Shown here: piece after piece, positions 23,671 through 35,700 of the stretch
Numbering within the stretch: position 1 is the stretch's first letter
How the letters are laid out: each line of letters begins with the position of its first letter
Assembly: GCF_902713615.1 (NCBI RefSeq)
Contig: NW_024055437.1
Location: 310,001-361,625, forward strand
Reading direction: 5' to 3'
Length of the DNA stretch: 51,625 nucleotides
From: Scyliorhinus canicula
Lineage: Eukaryota
Translations under genes and position numbers: made by a program
The notes under the pieces: model-generated
Database searches by the model: none
Seen by the model: the letters and a program-made list of their open reading frames with translations, nothing else
Told to the model about the DNA's origin: nothing

Positions 23671-24589
23671 CCCTTGTGTGCCTGATTGCGTACGTATATT
23701 AGTGTCTGTATGTGTCAATGTGTCTTTGTGAGTATAAACGTGTGCTTTTTTTGTCTTTTTGTGCATGTTTGTGCATTTCTGTACACGTTCGCGTGCGTTC
23801 TTGTGACAATATATGTGTGGTTCGTTGTGCCGGGTGTATGTTTTGTGTGTGTTTCTGTGTGTGTATGTGTGTGTTTGTGTCCATGTGTGCATGTGTATAT
23901 GTCTGTGGGGAAGGGGGTGTATGTATGTGTCGTGTTTAAGTCTGTTTAACTGTGTGTTTGTGTATTTGTATCAGCTGCCTGTAGCTTTGCCAGTTGTGGG
24001 TATTATTGATAGCCATGGCGCATATGTTGAACTTTGTGCTTATAAGTGTGTTTTCTGTGAGTTGCAAGGTGACATCAGGTGACCGAATGCAAAAAATACA
24101 AGGAGGTGCCTCAGGAGAGAACATTGAAAACCCAGGGAGAATTCCATCACCAGTCTGGATTTGGATTATGGGGAATCAGTTTTAGCATACGGATAAGAGG
24201 AACTAGAGTGCTAACAAAAAGTAAAATTCTGTTGCATAGATATTTAAAGAACATCTTTATCATGATGGTCTTTTCACATCTTCAGGCAGTAAACTACAAG
24301 CCGACTTGTAATGTCAGTGACAGAATCCTCAGAGTATAGACCCGTCCACTCTCAAACTCGCTGCTTGGGGATTGGGAGGACAGTGAGTTAATCATCTCTG
24401 GATAAAAACAAATTACTGCGGATGCTGGAATCTGCTGAGATTTTCCAGCATTTTCTCTTTGGAGTGAATAATCTCCCTCTCTCTGGTCAGCTGAACAAAT
24501 TCTCTTTGGGTTTCCCCTGCTGGAGGGGGAGATACAGAGAGTTCACGCATCACCTTCCTCCTCTTTTCCTCGGGAACGTGGAGGTGAAA

Positions 24590-26390
24590 TGGGTTAATAT
24601 TGCCCCTCTCTCTTTTTGTTGGGGATGTGGGGGTACAGTGGATTGACTAATGCCCCTCCCCTCTCTGTTGTTGAAGTGGGGGTACAGTGGGTAAACGAAT
24701 GCCCCTCCCCCTCTCTGTTGTTGAAGTGGGGGTACAATGGATTAACTAATGCCCCTCCCCTCTCTGTTCGGGATGTGGGGGTACAGTGGATTGACTAATG
24801 CCCCTCCCCTTCTCTGTTTGGAACGTGGGGGTACAGTGGGTTAACTATTGCCCCTCCCCCTCCCTTCTCTCTTCGGGACGTGGGGGTACAGTGGATTAAC
24901 TAATGCACCCCTCCCCTCTCTGTTCGGGATGTGGGTGTACAGTGGATTAACTAATGCCCCTCCCCTCTCTGTTGTTGAAGTGGGGGTACGGTTATTTAAC
25001 TAATGCCCCTCCCCCTCCCTGTTGGGGAAGTGTGGTACACTGTGTTAACAAACTCCCCTCCTTTATATGGTGTATATGTGGGGATAAATGTATTAAATAC
25101 TGCACTCCCCACGCATTGGTGTGGAAGTGGGGTTACAGTGGGTTAACTAATATCCCTTCCTCTTTGTTAGGGAGTTGCGGTGCAGGGCATTTACGAATGC
25201 CTCTTCCCCTCTCTTTTTTGGGTAAATGTGGACAGAGTGGATTAACTGATGCCCCTCCCCTCTCTCTTTTGGGGAAGTGGGGGTACAGTGGATTAACTAA
25301 TGCCCCTGCCCTCTCTGTTGTTGAAGTGGGGTACCGTGGATTAAATAATTCCCCTCCTCTCTTTTCAGGAAGTGAGCACACAGAGGATAAAGGAAAGCCC
25401 CTTCTCCTCTCTCTATTGGGAAAGTAGGGGTACAGTGGATTAACTAAAGGCCCTCCCAATCTCTTTGTTGTGGAAGTGGGGGTACAGTGTCTGAACTAAA
25501 GACCCTCCTCCTCTCTCTGTGGGGAGAGTGGGGGTACAGTGCATTAACTAAAGATCCTCCTCCTCTCTCTGTGGGGAGAGTGGGGATACAGGGCATTAAC
25601 TAAAGATCCTCCTCCTCTCTCTGTGGGGAGAGTGGGGGTACAGTGCATTAACTAAAGATCCTCCTCCTCTCTCTGTGGGGAGAGTGGGGGTACGGTGGAT
25701 TAACAAAAGACCCTCCTCCTCTCTCTGTGGGGAGAGTGGGGGTACAATGCATAAACTAAAGACCCTCTGCCTCTCTCTGTGGGGAGAGTGGGGGTACAGT
25801 GCATTAACTAAAGGCACTCCGCCTATCTCTTTCCAGGGGAAGTGGGTGTACAGTGGGATAACTGATGCCCCTCCCAATCTCATTTTTTGTGGAAGTGGGG
25901 TACTGGGGATTAACTAAAGACCCTCCGCCTCTCTCTCTTTTGAGGAAGTGAGCACATAAAGGATGAAGGAAAGCCCCTCCTCCTCTCTCTGTTGGGAAAG
26001 TAGGGGTGCAGTGGATTAAGTAAAGGCCCTCCCACTCTCTCTGTTGGGGAAGTGGGGGACGGTTGATTAAAGAAAGGAGCTCCGCCTCTCTCTGTGGGGA
26101 GAGTGGGGGTACAGTGTCTGAACTAAAGGCCCTCCGCCTCTATCAGTGGGGAGAGTGGGGATACAGTGAATGAACAAAAGGGATTCCGCCTATCTCTTTC
26201 TTGGGGAAGTGATGTAGTGGATTAACTAAAGCCCCTCCCACTCTCTTTCTTGGGGAAGTGATGTAGTGGATTAACTAAAGCCCCTCCCACTCTCTTTTTG
26301 TGGAAGTGGGGGTACAGTGGATTAACTAAAGGCCCTCCGCCTCTGTTGGGAAAGTGGGTGTACAGTGGATTAATAATTTCCCTCCCCCTC
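24590..26390. repeat. Minisatellite, unit about 55-60 bp, roughly 30 copies
   Basis: Consensus CCCTCCCCTCTCTGTTGGGAAGTGGGGGTACAGTGGATTAACTAA(T/A)G; two subtypes (left ACTAATGCCCC, right ACTAAAG(A/G)CCCTCC). Confidence 0.9.
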
Positions 26391-26800
26391 TCTTTGATGG
26401 GGAATTGTTGGTCCATGTTTCTGTGTGACCCTCAATTCAGCTTGCAGTGGGTGCGACACAACAATTTAAAGCTGAAATCAATTTTAAAGGGATGGACAAT
26501 GAGAGAAGCAGGAACACCGAGATCTAAATGTGATGGTTTTGTTTGTCTGAAATGGGAATGATCCGATTTCTCCTCAGCGGAGAGGAAAGTCAATGAAGAT
26601 ATTTTGCTGAATCCTGGAATGAATGAGTTTTACTTGTCTCTAACCCAGGGTGTATCTGAGCTGGGAGCTCTGGTTGTATCAGACTTGGGGCTGAGACCTG
26701 TAGAAATCCGGGTCTCATTGAACAGATCTAATATCAGCAAAGTGGAAGCTCCATTAATTAAGCGGCTGTGTATTTAAATCACAATTGGAGAGAAAATAAC

Positions 26801-26820
26801 TTTATTATTTTTATTTTATT
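26801..26820 (-). terminator. Secretory-form poly(A) signals (three AATAAA)
   Basis: TTTATT on plus at 26801-06, 26810-15, 26815-20, i.e. 23-42 nt after the secretory stop. Confidence 0.8.
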
Positions 26821-26842
26821 TCAAAATATAACCAATAGATTC

Positions 26843-27234
26843 TCATTGACATGAATTAACGGTGTCCATCAGAGCGAGGGAAATGTTCACAAAACTGGGT
26901 TTACCGCTGGATTTATCAACCGTTCTGTTGATGATCTTCAAGGGGATGGCTTCATGTCCCACCACACAGGAGTAAGAAGCGCCGCTGGCCCACTCCTCCG
27001 CTGCAATGGATAACAGGCTGTACATGAAGAAGGAGCTATTGCCGTTCTCCGCCATCACCTCGGTGTTCTTGTAGTTCCCGGGATTCACCGGCTTGTCATT
27101 GACGGTCCACTTGACGAAGATCTCTCGGGGGGAGAAACCTCTCACTAAGCAGTTGAGGGAGACGAATCTCTGAGCGGAGACGTCTTCAGCCGAGGGTAGG
27201 AGGACAGAGACGGACGGTTCCCGCGGGTTGGGAT
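26843..27234 (-). CDS. IGHM: IgM CH4 plus secretory tailpiece
   Basis: Acceptor TTTTCTGCAG; [15 protein letters not shown]...NCLVRGFSP...KW...YSCVVGHE...VDKSS; internal donor G|GTAAA at 26905/26904 for TM splicing; tail [20 protein letters not shown] with NIS glycan site and penultimate Cys. Confidence 0.97.
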
Positions 27235-27499
27235 CTGCAGAAAATGTACAATAAATGTCAATAAAATGGGAAATTCCGGAGACAATGGAACCGCGGGTTA
27301 GATGTGGGAGAAATGTGTCTTGTGTTGGATTTTAAAGGTTTCCATTTTCCACTTTGGGATCTGTCCGGTTTCCCAGCTCGGAGCAGAGGTGGACACAACC
27401 TTTTCCCTGAGAATTTACGGATATTGGATTCGAAAGTTTCAGAAAGTGTACAGCAAGGAAACAGGCCATTCGGCCCAACTGTTCTGCGCTGGTGTATAA

Positions 27500-29020
27500 A
27501 CTCCACACCAGGCTCCTCCCACCTTACTCCCAAGGATTGGAAAACTGCCAATGTCACACCCTTATTCAAAAGGGGAGGGAGTCAAAATCAAGTAACTATT
27601 AGGCCAGCGACCTTAACATCTTCAGTGGAAAACGGTTCGAGTCCATTATAACGGATCCAATAGCTGAGCATTTCGAAATACATAATATAATCAAACAGAG
27701 TCAGCACGGTTTCATGAAGGGTAAATCATGCCTGAAAACTTTATTGCCCTTATTCGAGGTGATAACGCGAAGGCTAGAGAGAGGGGGAGGGGTGTGTGGG
27801 GAGGGGGGGGGCAATAAATGTAATATACATAAATTTCAAAACTGTGTTTAATAAATGAATGTACTATTGCCATGTTTGCAGATGACAAAAAATAGGTAGA
27901 AAGGCAAGTGGTGAGGATTACAGAAAATCCACGGAGGGACAGAGAATGTGAGGTTAGACACTTTGGGAGGAGGAAGAACATAGGTTAGGTGGATTGGCCA
28001 TGCTAAATTGCCCGTAGTGTCCTAATAAAAGTAAGGTTAAGGGGGAGGTTGTTGGGTTACGGGTATAGGGTGGATACTTGGGTTTGAGTAGGGTGATCAT
28101 GGCTCGGCACAACATTGAGGGCCGAAGGGCCTGTTCTGTGCTGTACTGTTCTATGTTCTATAACGGAATATTATTTAGATGGAGAAAGACTGGAGAAAGC
28201 TGAAGTAACGGTGGAATTGGGGGTCCTCAATCAGAAACCACAAAAAACAAGTTCTGCAGGTAATATGGAGACAAATTGAATGTTTATTTCATTTATTTCA
28301 AAGGGAATAGAATATAAACATGGGGCAGGCTGGCTAAAGCTATACAAGGCATTCCCGTACCGGACTCCACGAACAGGCGCCGGCAATGTGGCGACTAGGG
28401 GCTTTTCACAGTAACTTCATTGAGCCTACTTGTGACAATAAGCGATTATTATTATTTAGTTAGACTACACCTGACACACTTTGAATAGTTTTGTTGCCCT
28501 TATCTGAGGAAGACAGATTGGTTTTGAAGGCAGTCCAGAGACGGATCACGAGGTTGATTCCGAGTATGGAGGGATTTTCTTATGAGCTGAGCTGAGGGTA
28601 ACTTTGCTGTTTTGTACTTCTTGGAGTTCAGAGGAATAAAGCGACCTAATTGAGACAAGATTCTCAGGGGAGCTTCTTTGGATAGACGCTGAGAGGTTGT
28701 TTACCCCTGTGGGAGCGTCTCGGAGCAGTGCAGGATCACAAAGTGAGGGTTCTCCCATTTAAGACAGAGATGAGAAGGAATTTCCTCTCTCAGAGGGTCG
28801 TGAAGCTGTGGAGTTATTTAACGCTGGGGGCTGTAGATTCTGGGTCGGCGAGTACGTTCAAGGTTGAGGGAGACATATTCTAAATCAGTCAAGGCGTCAA
28901 GGGATATGGGCATAAAGCGGGAAAGACGAATTGAAGATTATCACAGCAGATCAGTCATGACCTCACTGAAGGCTGGACCAGTGTTGATGGGCCCAATGGC
29001 CTACATCTGCGCCTAAGTCT
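27500..29020 (+). mobile_element. Fragmented CR1 (HER1-like) LINE in the CH3-CH4 intron with nested SINE pieces (about 27985-28140, 28345-28455)
   Basis: DWKTANVTPLFKRGG, QSQHGFMKGKSCL, IAMFADD RT motifs and CR1 3' tail. Confidence 0.85.
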
Positions 29021-29249
29021 TGTGGACTATGGTCTCGCTCCATCTAAACCCAATATCGCTGTTTTCAATTCATTGTTCATTCATCTGCATATCAATTTCC
29101 CCCTTAAACTCTAAATGCCCAGAGTATTTAGTTAGTGGAATTACCAATCAGAATGGACCATAAATACACTGAATACTAAATACTGACCGCTGCACTGACA
29201 CGAGAAATAGACACAATGACTCACTTATTGCTTCAGTTTCACCGCTCAC

Positions 29250-29558
29250 CTATTTTTTTGTGGATTGAAATTCTTAAAGGAGTTGGCAGGTCCTGATGGC
29301 TCGCCACACAGTCAAACACAGCCCCACTCAGCCAGGCTTGTGTCGAGATGTTTAATTTGCTGAGCACGCTCTCAATATCTGCCCCTGGCTCGTCTGCAAT
29401 CCCTGATTTCAGCGGCTTCTTCGCTTCACTCCAGGACACGTTGACTCCATAAGGACCATTCGAAATGACGCAGGTTAAGGTTACAGTCGCCTCCAGTAAG
29501 ACCTGTTCTATTGGTGGTGGCAGTATTGTTACTGAGGCGTCAGTGCAAACGGAAGAAT
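29250..29558 (-). CDS. IGHM: IgM CH3 exon
   Basis: 309 nt, CACAG acceptor and GTGAG donor, phase 1; LTCVIS...VSW...[13 protein letters not shown]. Confidence 0.97.
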
Positions 29559-29724
29559 CTGTGATTGAAAACATGAAAATTAACCCAAGTTTCATCTTCA
29601 CAATCAGGACAGCAGGATTCAGCCTTCACTCTCTAAATGGGAATAAAGCAACTTCGAAATATCAACCTCTGAAGACCGCCGTTAATCTTCGATATACAAT
29701 AGAAAACCAGCGTGTTCTGTGAAA

Positions 29725-30030
29725 TATATTATGGAATCATAGATCACTACAGTGCAGAAGATGACCATTCGGCCCATGGAGTCTGCACCGACCCGCGAAA
29801 GAGCACTCTACCTTGGGCAATTCCTCATAACCCCACCTAATCTTTGGACATTCAGCGACAATTCAGCATGACCAATTCACCTAACCTGCACGTATTTGCC
29901 TGCGGGAGGAAACCAAAGCTTTTGGAGGAAACCTGTGCAGAGACGGGGAGAAGGTGTAAACTCCACACAGTCACCCGCCGTCAGTATTGCACCGGGTCCC
30001 AGGCACGGTGAGGGCTCAGTGCTAACCACT
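29725..30030 (-). mobile_element. HE1-type SINE
   Basis: Reverse-complement tRNA head, V-domain and TCATAGA..ACTACAGTGCAGAAG tail. Confidence 0.75.
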
Positions 30031-30479
30031 ATTGTGAAAATCGTTTAGCCCCGGTATCATTTTAATGAATCAGTATTGCAGCATTCCCAATGCGATTCAT
30101 AATTCCTGATCTCTGGAGCGCAGTCATGAATGCTAATTTATAAACAGGCTGGATGAACTTTTCAACACTTTCCCCCCGGAATTGTTATCAATAAAGGATT
30201 CAAGACATTCACTGCCTCTGACATATAATCAGCTGTTTCGGAATAAAGCTGACATCAAGTCCACCTCACTCACTAAATGACTTCAAAGTTGAGAGAAACA
30301 TTCTTTGCTGTTCTGATCAAATCCTGAATGGTGAGCAACCCTAATGGAGCTTACATCAGAATGAAACACAAACCACATAGAAGTTATTCTGTGCTTTGTA
30401 CTAACTTCAGTAAATTCCTGATTTGGATTAACATCAGAATGCAGGATGATTTATTGTTTCCTCTGTTTGTGTCTCTTAC

Positions 30480-30791
30480 CAGACGCGGTGATGTTGTGAC
30501 TTTGGGTGACCCGTCGATGAATGACCTGGCAGGTATAGACCGCTTTGCTGAACCATTCCCCAGCGGAGACTGTCAGCCGACTGCTCGCCGAGAAGTTCCC
30601 GTTCACTTCACAGGCAGGAGAGGTGACAATTCCTGAACCCATGGCTTGTCCATTCTTCAGCCACTTCACCGTCATTGACTTTGGACGGAAATCGTTGATT
30701 GAACAGACCATGGTTGCAAATTTCTTGCTTGAGATTTCTTCACTGGAACTCACGGTGAGGAGAACATTTGGATGGATGTCAGGTAGAGGGC
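30480..30791 (-). CDS. IGHM: IgM CH2 exon
   Basis: 312 nt, CCTGAAG acceptor and GTAAG donor; [19 protein letters not shown]...[10 protein letters not shown]...VKWLKNG...YTCQV...NITAS. Confidence 0.95.
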
Positions 30792-30989
30792 CTTCAGGAA
30801 ACAGAAATTAGACATTTCTTGAATAAGATGTTGTGACGAATAAAATTACTCATTGTATTTTAACAGTTTCTCTGTGGTCACTATTTCTCGCAGGAATCAG
30901 ACCAAGCAGAGAACCATCAATGTGTTATGACCAATGATGTGAATAAAGTAATCAAAGCGTCTGTTTCTCACAGATTCCACAACACTTAC

Positions 30990-31289
30990 ATTTAATTTCA
31001 ATGCTCTTGTCTGAGCCGCTGTGTCGAACCTCACAGCTGATTTTCCTGCATCCCCCCTCTGACTCGGTGATGGTTAACTGGCTGCTCAGGGTGTAGGTTC
31101 CCTTCTTGTTTCTCACTGACGGGTATTTCTTAACTCCAGTGGTGATCGGCTGCCCATCTTTCTTCCAGGTGAGGCTGGTGATTTCTGGGGTGTAGTCCAT
31201 CGCCAAACAGGCAAACGTTACGGAGCTGTCTGTGTTGTGTTGCTGACAGGAGGAGACCAGGCTGTAGAGAGTGGGCGGAGACGGTGTCG
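30990..31289 (-). CDS. IGHM: IgM CH1 exon
   Basis: 300 nt, TCTCTCCCAG acceptor and GTAAGT donor; [15 protein letters not shown]...[10 protein letters not shown]...TWKKDG...ISCEVRH. Confidence 0.97.
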
Positions 31290-31600
31290 CTGGGAGAGAA
31301 TGGCCCATTCAACAAGTTAGACTCTGGTTTTCGTGATTTATACGTAACCAAGCATTTCATAATTTGACTAGAACTATCCTAACATTTACCGATTTAATCA
31401 TACATCCACATTGAATCTTCTATCAGTTCTATCGTTGTGAATCACCTACTTTTTGCCCCCTCTTTAGAAACCCACATTTCTTTCTCCATCTCTATCGAAA
31501 GAAACACATTTTGATGTAATCTGAATGGTGTAACTTTCATTGGATTGAAAGAGAGGAGCAGAGCGTTTTCCCCGTTATTTCAGTCACCACGTAATATAAA

Positions 31601-31608
31601 ATGCAAAT
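31601..31608 (-). promoter_or_regulatory. Perfect octamer (ATTTGCAT on the IgM sense strand)
   Basis: ATGCAAAT on plus at 31601-31608, about 310 bp 5' of the CH1 acceptor; function not shown. Confidence 0.35.
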
Positions 31609-31609
31609 G

Positions 31610-31780
31610 AGGCCATAGTCCCGGAGACTGCTCTCTCTTTCTGAGAGCTGACTAATGGTGGTTTAACCTGAGGGTCACCACATCTCAGGCGAGGGGCAAG
31701 GTTACAGCCGGCACAGCAATTGAACCCGCGCTGTTGGGATTGATCTTGATCACGAACCAGCGGCCCAGCTAACTGAGCTG
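31610..31780 (-). mobile_element. Short tRNA-derived SINE
   Basis: Minus strand AGCTCAGTTAGCTGG (A box) ... GGGTTCAATT (B box) and CCTGAGATGTGGTGACCCTCAGG body. Confidence 0.7.
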
Positions 31781-32107
31781 TGTACGTCACAATCCAGCTG
31801 AGCTGTGTACGTCACAATCCAGCTGACTGAGCTGTGTACGTCAAAGTCCAGCTAACTGAGCAGTGTACGTCACAATCTAGCTAACTGAGCTGTGACGTCA
31901 CAATCCAGCTGACTGAGCTGTGTACGTCACAATCCAGCTAACTGAGCTGTATACGTCACAATCCAGCTAACTGAGCTGTGTACGTCACAATCCAGCGAAC
32001 TCAGCTGTGTACGTCACAATCCAGCTAACTGAGCTGTGTACGTCACAATCCAGCTAACTGAGCTGTGTACGTCACAATCCAGCTAACTGAACTGTGTACG
32101 TCACAAT
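31765..32107. repeat. 29-bp tandem array, about 12 copies, AGCT-dense
   Basis: Unit CCAGCTAACTGAGCTGTGTACGTCACAAT; 21 AGCT counted by hand in 343 bp. Confidence 0.95.
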
Positions 32108-32779
32108 CAATTTGTGTTAAAGAAGTTGTCTCTTCATTTGTATCTTTGCAGTTTTGGGAAATTCCCTTTGTTCAAACTGACTGATGCCCCCTCCTCTCTC
32201 CATCTCACTACCTCACTACCAAACCAGAGAATAGTGGCTTTGCTTCAAAAACACCTTCGGAATGCACATTTATATAATTACAACAAAGCTCTAAATTTGA
32301 GTAAGCGTAACATTCTCTTATTTTAGGATTATTAACATAAACAGCGGGAGGCGGCCATTCGGTCCGTCGAGCCTCCTCCACCTTCACTAAGATCCTGGCT
32401 GTGCTGATTGTGGTGTTAACTCCGCATTCCGCCTGTCACTGGGACCGGGCTGTCTGCGATCCCCCCACTCCCCGCCCCGCGCTCTCTGAGCCTTCCCCCA
32501 TCTCGCTGCAGTTCCCGCTGGTTTCTGCACCTTTCACACGCTCCCTTCACTTTCTTGCAGTTCTCTGCTCTTTTCCGCGGATCTCTGCACTTTCCCTCGA
32601 CTCTGCATTTTCTCCGGCTATTTGTGCTTTGCCCATGTGCGTTGCACTTTTCCCAGTTCATTGGGCTTTTGCCGGTTCCTTGCACTTTCCGCGGGCCCGT
32701 TGAGCTTTTCGCCAGTACTGTGCCCTTTACCCCGATTCTTGTCGCTTATCGCCCACTCCATGGACTTTCTTTCATTTCT

Positions 32780-35700
32780 CTGCGCGTTCCCCCGGTTCTC
32801 TGCGCCTTCCCCCGGCTCTCTGCTCCTTCCCCCGCCTCTCTGCTCTTTCCTCCGCCTCTCTGCTCTTTCCTCCGCCTCTCTGCTCTTCCCCCCGGCTCTC
32901 TGCCCCTTCCCCCGGCTCTCTGCCCCTTCCCCCGGCTTTATGAACCTTCCCCCGGCCCTCTGCCCTTCCTCGGCCCTCTGCTCCTTCCCCCGGTTCTCTG
33001 CCCCTTCCTTCGACTCTCTGCGCCTTACCCCCGGCGCTCGGCCCCTCCCCCCCGGCTCCCTGCCCCTTCTCCCCCCCCCCTCGGCTCTCGGCCCCTTCTC
33101 CCCCCCCCCCCCCCGCCTCGGCTCTCTGCCCCTTCCCCCCCCCCCCCCCCGCTCTCTGCCCTTCCCCCCCGGCTCTCGGCACCTTCCCCCCCCCCTCCGG
33201 CTCTGGGCCCCTTCCCCCCCCGCTCTCTGCCCCTTCCCCCCCGCTCTCTGCCGTTCCCCCCCTCTCTCTGTCCCTTCCCCCCCGCTCTCTGCCCCTTCCC
33301 CCCGCTCTCTGCCCCTTCCCCCCGCTCTCTGCCCCTTCCCCCCCCCGCACTCTGCCACTCCCCCCCCGCTCTCTGCCCCTTCCCCCCCCTCTCTCTGCCC
33401 CTTCCCCCCCTCTCTGCCCCTTCCCCCCCCCTCTGCCCCTTCCCCCCCTCTCTGCCCCTTCCCCCTCTCTGCCCCTTCCCCCCCTCTCTACCCCTTCCCC
33501 CACCCCCCCCGCTCTCTGCCCCTTCCCCCCCCCTCTCTGCCCCATCCCCCCCGCTCTCTGCCCCTTCCCCCCCCCGTTCTCTGCCCCTTACCCCCCCCCC
33601 CCGCTTTCTGCCCCTTACCCCCCCGCTTTCTGCCCCTTACCCCCCCCCCCCCGCTTTCTGCCCCTTACCCCCCCCCGCTTTCTGCCCCTTACCCCCCCCG
33701 CTTTCTGCCCCTTACCCCCCCCCCCGCTTTCTGCCCCTTACCCCCCCCCCCCCTCCGCTTTCTGCCCCTTACCCCCCCTCCGCTCTCTGCCCCTTCCCCC
33801 CCCCCGCTCTCTGCCCCTTCCCCCCCCCCCGCTCTCTGCCCCTTCCCCCCCCCCCGCTCTCTGTCCCTTCCCCCCCCACCCCCCCCACCCCGGCTCCCTG
33901 CCCTCCCCCCCGGCACTCTGCCCCTCCCCCCCCCCGGGCTCTCTGCCCATCCCCCCCTCCGGTTCTCTGCCCCCCCCGGCTCTCTGCCCCTACCCCTCCC
34001 CGGCTCTCTGCCCCTCCTCCCCCCCCCCCCCGCTCTCTGCACCTTCCCCCCCCCCCCGGCTCTCTGCCCCTTCCCCGCGGCTCCCTGCCCCTTCCCCCCA
34101 CGGCTTTCTGCCACTTCCCCCCCCCCACCCCGGCTCTCTGACACTTCCCCTTCCCCTTCCGCTCTCTGCCTCTTCCCCACCCCCGCTCTCTGCCCCTTCC
34201 CCCCCCCGCTCTCTGCTCCTTCCCCACCCCGCTCTCTGCCCCTTCCCCCCCCCGCTCTCTGCCCCTTCCCCCCCGCTCTCTGCCCCTTCCCCCCCTCTCT
34301 GCCCCTTCCCCCCCTCTCTGCCCCTTCCCCCCCTCTCTGCCCCTTCCCCCCCTCTCTGCCCCTTCCCCCCCTCTGCCCCTTCCCCCCCCTCTCTGCCCCT
34401 TCCCCCCCCCTCTGCTCTGCCCCTTCCCCCCCCCTCTCTGCCCCTTCCCCCCCCTCTCTGCCCCTTCCCCCCCCCTCTCTGCCCCTTCCCCCCCCTCTCC
34501 TTGCCCCTTCCCCTCCCTCTCCTGCCCCTTCCCCCCCCTCTCCTTGCCCCTTCCCCTCCCTCTCGTTGCCCCTTCCCCTCCCCCTCGTTGCCCCTTCCCC
34601 CCCCCTCGTTGCCCCTTCCCCCCCCTCTCGTTGCCCCTTCCCCCCCCCCTCTCTCTCCCCTTCCCCCCCCCTCTCTCTGCCCCTTCCCCTCCCTCTCTTT
34701 GCCCCTTCCCCCGCCCCACTCTTTGCCCCTTCCCCCCCCCCCCGCTCTCTGCCCCTTCCCCCCCCCGCTCTCTGCCCCTTCCCCCCCGCTCTCTGCCCCT
34801 TCCTCCCCCCGCTCTCTGCCCCTTCCCCCCCCCGCTCTCTGCCCCTTCCCCCCCCCCGCTCTCTGCCCTTCCCCCCCCCGCTCTCTGCCCCTTCCCCCCC
34901 CCCTCTCTGCCCCTTCCCCCCCCTCTCTGCCCCTTCCCCCCCTCTCTGCCCCTTCCCCCCCCGCTCTCTGCCCCTTCCCCCCCCCCTGCCCCTTCCCCCC
35001 CCCGCTCTCTGCCCCTCCCCCCCCCTCTCGTTGCCCCTCCCCCCCCCCGCTCTCTGCCCCTCCCCCCCCCGCTCTCTGCCCCTCCCCCCCCCGCTGTCTG
35101 CCCCTTCCCCCCCCCCCCGCTCTCTGCCCCTCCTCCCCCCCCCCCCCCCAGCTCTCTGCACCTTCCCCCCCCCGGCTCTCTGCCCCTTCCCCCCCGGCTC
35201 TCTGCCCCTTCCCCCGGCTCTCTGCCCCCCCCGGCTCCCTGCCCCTTCCCCCCACGACTCTCTGCCACTTCCCCCCCCCCCCCACCCCGGCTCTCTGACA
35301 CTTCCCCTTCCCCTTCCGCTCTCTGCCCCTTCCCCACCCCCGCTCTCTGCCCCTTCCCCACCCCGCTCTCTGCTCCTTCCCCACCCCTCTCTCTGCCCCT
35401 TCCCCCCCCTCTCTCTGCCCCTTCCCCCCCCTCTCTGCCCCTTCTCCCCCCCCCTCTCTGCCCCTTCTCCCCCTCCCTCTCTGCCCCTTCCCCCCCTCTC
35501 TGCCCCTTCACCCCCCCCCTCTCTGCCCCTTCCCCTTCCTCTCTGCCCCTTCACCCCCTTCCTCTCTGCCCCTCCCCCCCCTCTCTGCCCCTTCCCCCCC
35601 TCCTCTCTGCCCCTTCCCCCCTCCTCTCTGCCCCTTCCCCCCCCCTCTGCCCCTTCCCCCCTCCCTCTCTGCCCCTTCCTCCCCCGCTCTCTGCCCCTCC

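Noticed and set aside
21757-26842. Extra C-domain exon between CH4 and TM1
   Set aside because: No Ig-fold Cys/Trp pattern found; only SINEs, low-complexity DNA and the minisatellite
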